DNA from: a virus | Taxonomy: Duplodnaviria > Caudoviricetes | Reading direction: 5' to 3' (one strand) | Length of the DNA: 26,251 bases | IMG/VR virus record: IMGVR_UViG_3300025828_000162 | Location: 1-26,251 of that record | In this document: one piece after another, positions 25,274 through 26,251 of the stretch | Layout: the number at the start of each line of letters is the position of its first letter | How positions within the stretch are numbered: the first letter of the stretch is position 1 | Made by a program: the position numbers and the translations under genes | The notes under the pieces: generated by a model | What the model was told of the DNA's origin: nothing | Databases searched by the model: none | What the model saw: the letters and a program-made list of their open reading frames with translations, nothing else

Positions 25274-25610
25274 TTTCTTTCTTATTGTATTTATTATCTT
25301 CAAAAGTTAATTTAAATCTAGGTAAGTCCTTCATGTGCTCTTTTCTAACTCTTACGTTTAACATGCTATTCACACACCAAGAGGAATCCAATCGGGATAA
25401 TTGTAAAAGAAGCTCAAAAAGTTTAGCCGTTGCTTTACTTTTAGAAGTAAAAACAATGTCTTTATGACTTACCAGCTTATCTTTGATCGTATTTGATCCA
25501 AAATAAGAAGCTAGTGCTGTTCCGTATTTACCGGTAAAACCAATATAATATGATCCGTCGGTATAGTATGTGATGTATACCTTATAAACTTTCTCAGTCA
25601 GTTTCGTCAT
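25266..25610 (-). CDS. GIY-YIG family endonuclease
   Basis: KVYITY...YYIG, YFGS, conserved E (LFELLLQ) and late N; 114 aa, catalytic domain only. Confidence 0.7.
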   Translation of the reverse strand: MTKLTEKVYKVYITYYTDGSYYIGFTGKYGTALASYFGSNTIKDKLVSHKDIVFTSKSKATAKLFELLLQLSRLDSSWCVNSMLNVRVRKEHMKDLPRFKLTFEDNKYNKKENE

Positions 25611-25980
25611 CAGTATTTGCGCCTTGATCTATAACAGCTTCGCTATTTGTTAATTCTATTTGTTGAACGGGTTTAACCGTTGGTTCGCTTTTTTGCACTA
25701 TCGTTAAAATTGGCACGTTTGCCTGTTGCAATGAAGCCTGACCAACCGGTTGTTTTTGATACCCATATTCTAATAACTTTTCAGCTATTCGAACTCGTAA
25801 ATTTTGTGACCTAAAATCATCCTTGCCTTTAAGCTTAGATAATTCTTTAACTAATATATTAATAGGATCTATACCTAATTTTTTTAATTTTTCTATACTT
25901 GATTTATCTATGGTACTTTTTTCTATTGTGCTTTTTGGAGGCCTACCAGCCCCAGGCCTAGCCCCGCCCTTTCCAGCCAT
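25594..25980 (-). CDS. terS: Putative terminase small subunit (probable start MAGKGG)
   Basis: N-terminal GGARPGAGRP, helical core RVRIAEKLLEYGYQK; first gene of the packaging cluster. Confidence 0.72.
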   Translation of the reverse strand: MAGKGGARPGAGRPPKSTIEKSTIDKSSIEKLKKLGIDPINILVKELSKLKGKDDFRSQNLRVRIAEKLLEYGYQKQPVGQASLQQANVPILTIVQKSEPTVKPVQQIELTNSEAVIDQGANTDDETD

Positions 25981-26125
25981 AATTATACCGCCTATCAAGT
26001 TAAAGTTATTTTCTATTGTTAATGTTTGTTAATATATAAGTTAACACAAAGTACCACAAATAATGTGGCTCTGTTGTCTGTAAGGTATAGAATTTGAATC
26101 TTTTGTTGCCTTTGGCATAAATTGG

Positions 26126-26241
26126 GCCTTATAGCTTATTAGGCTTATATAAGCTTATATAACTTATTTATATATTTATTTATATATTATAAGGCTTAAT
26201 AGGCCTAAGGCTTATATAAGCTTATATAAGCCTTAAGCTTT
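26126..26241. repeat. Palindromic direct-repeat array upstream of terS
   Basis: AGGCTTATATAAGCTTATATAA at 26141-26162 and 26208-26229; perfect 30-bp palindrome at 26206-26235; pure A/T run at 26164-26192. Confidence 0.85.
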
Positions 26242-26251
26242 AGCGTTTTCT

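Noticed and set aside
1657-26032. All plus-strand ORFs in the track (e.g. 1657-1875, 4995-5249, 6201-6488, 24735-25073)
   Set aside because: Antisense shadows of well-supported minus-strand genes, with no recognisable motifs.
26041-26118. 25-aa ORF MPKATKDSNSIPYRQQSHIICGTLC upstream of terS
   Set aside because: Weak SD, no coupling to neighbours and no motif; cannot be supported.
1-26251. Alternative genetic code or diversity-generating retroelement
   Set aside because: TAA, TAG and TGA all end genes at sensible positions; no reverse transcriptase or TR/VR pair was seen.

Overview
AT-rich (roughly 30% GC by eye) fragment of a long-tailed, siphovirus-like dsDNA phage. All real genes are on the minus strand, so the late operon reads right to left: terS, GIY-YIG nuclease, T4-type lysozyme, terL, a 430-bp non-coding GC-rich element, portal, a 4.75-kb insert carrying class I ribonucleotide reductase (nrdA, nrdB) plus 13 small ORFs, Mu-F/SPP1-gp7 head protein, scaffold, major capsid, head-tail connectors, tail tube, chaperone pair with a -1 frameshift, HK97-gp10-like protein, tape measure, tail-tip hub genes, a GNAT acetyltransferase, a three-gene tail-tip/adhesin block, an adaptor and a collagen-containing fibre cut by the window edge. 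Nine micro-ORFs (27-53 aa) and the fibre gene are missing from the ORF track and were translated by hand. A marine host such as SAR11 is my inference from composition and recalled small-protein families, not something the sequence proves. The most novel signals are: (1) a tail-tip adhesin that looks like one nested polypeptide split over three genes, two of which end in the same GGxQFN motif; (2) a structured element with a canonical G-quadruplex motif between terL and portal; (3) an array of Lys/Arg-rich microproteins; (4) avoidance of GGWCC except as CGGACC. No database searches were run; family names come from motif recognition.
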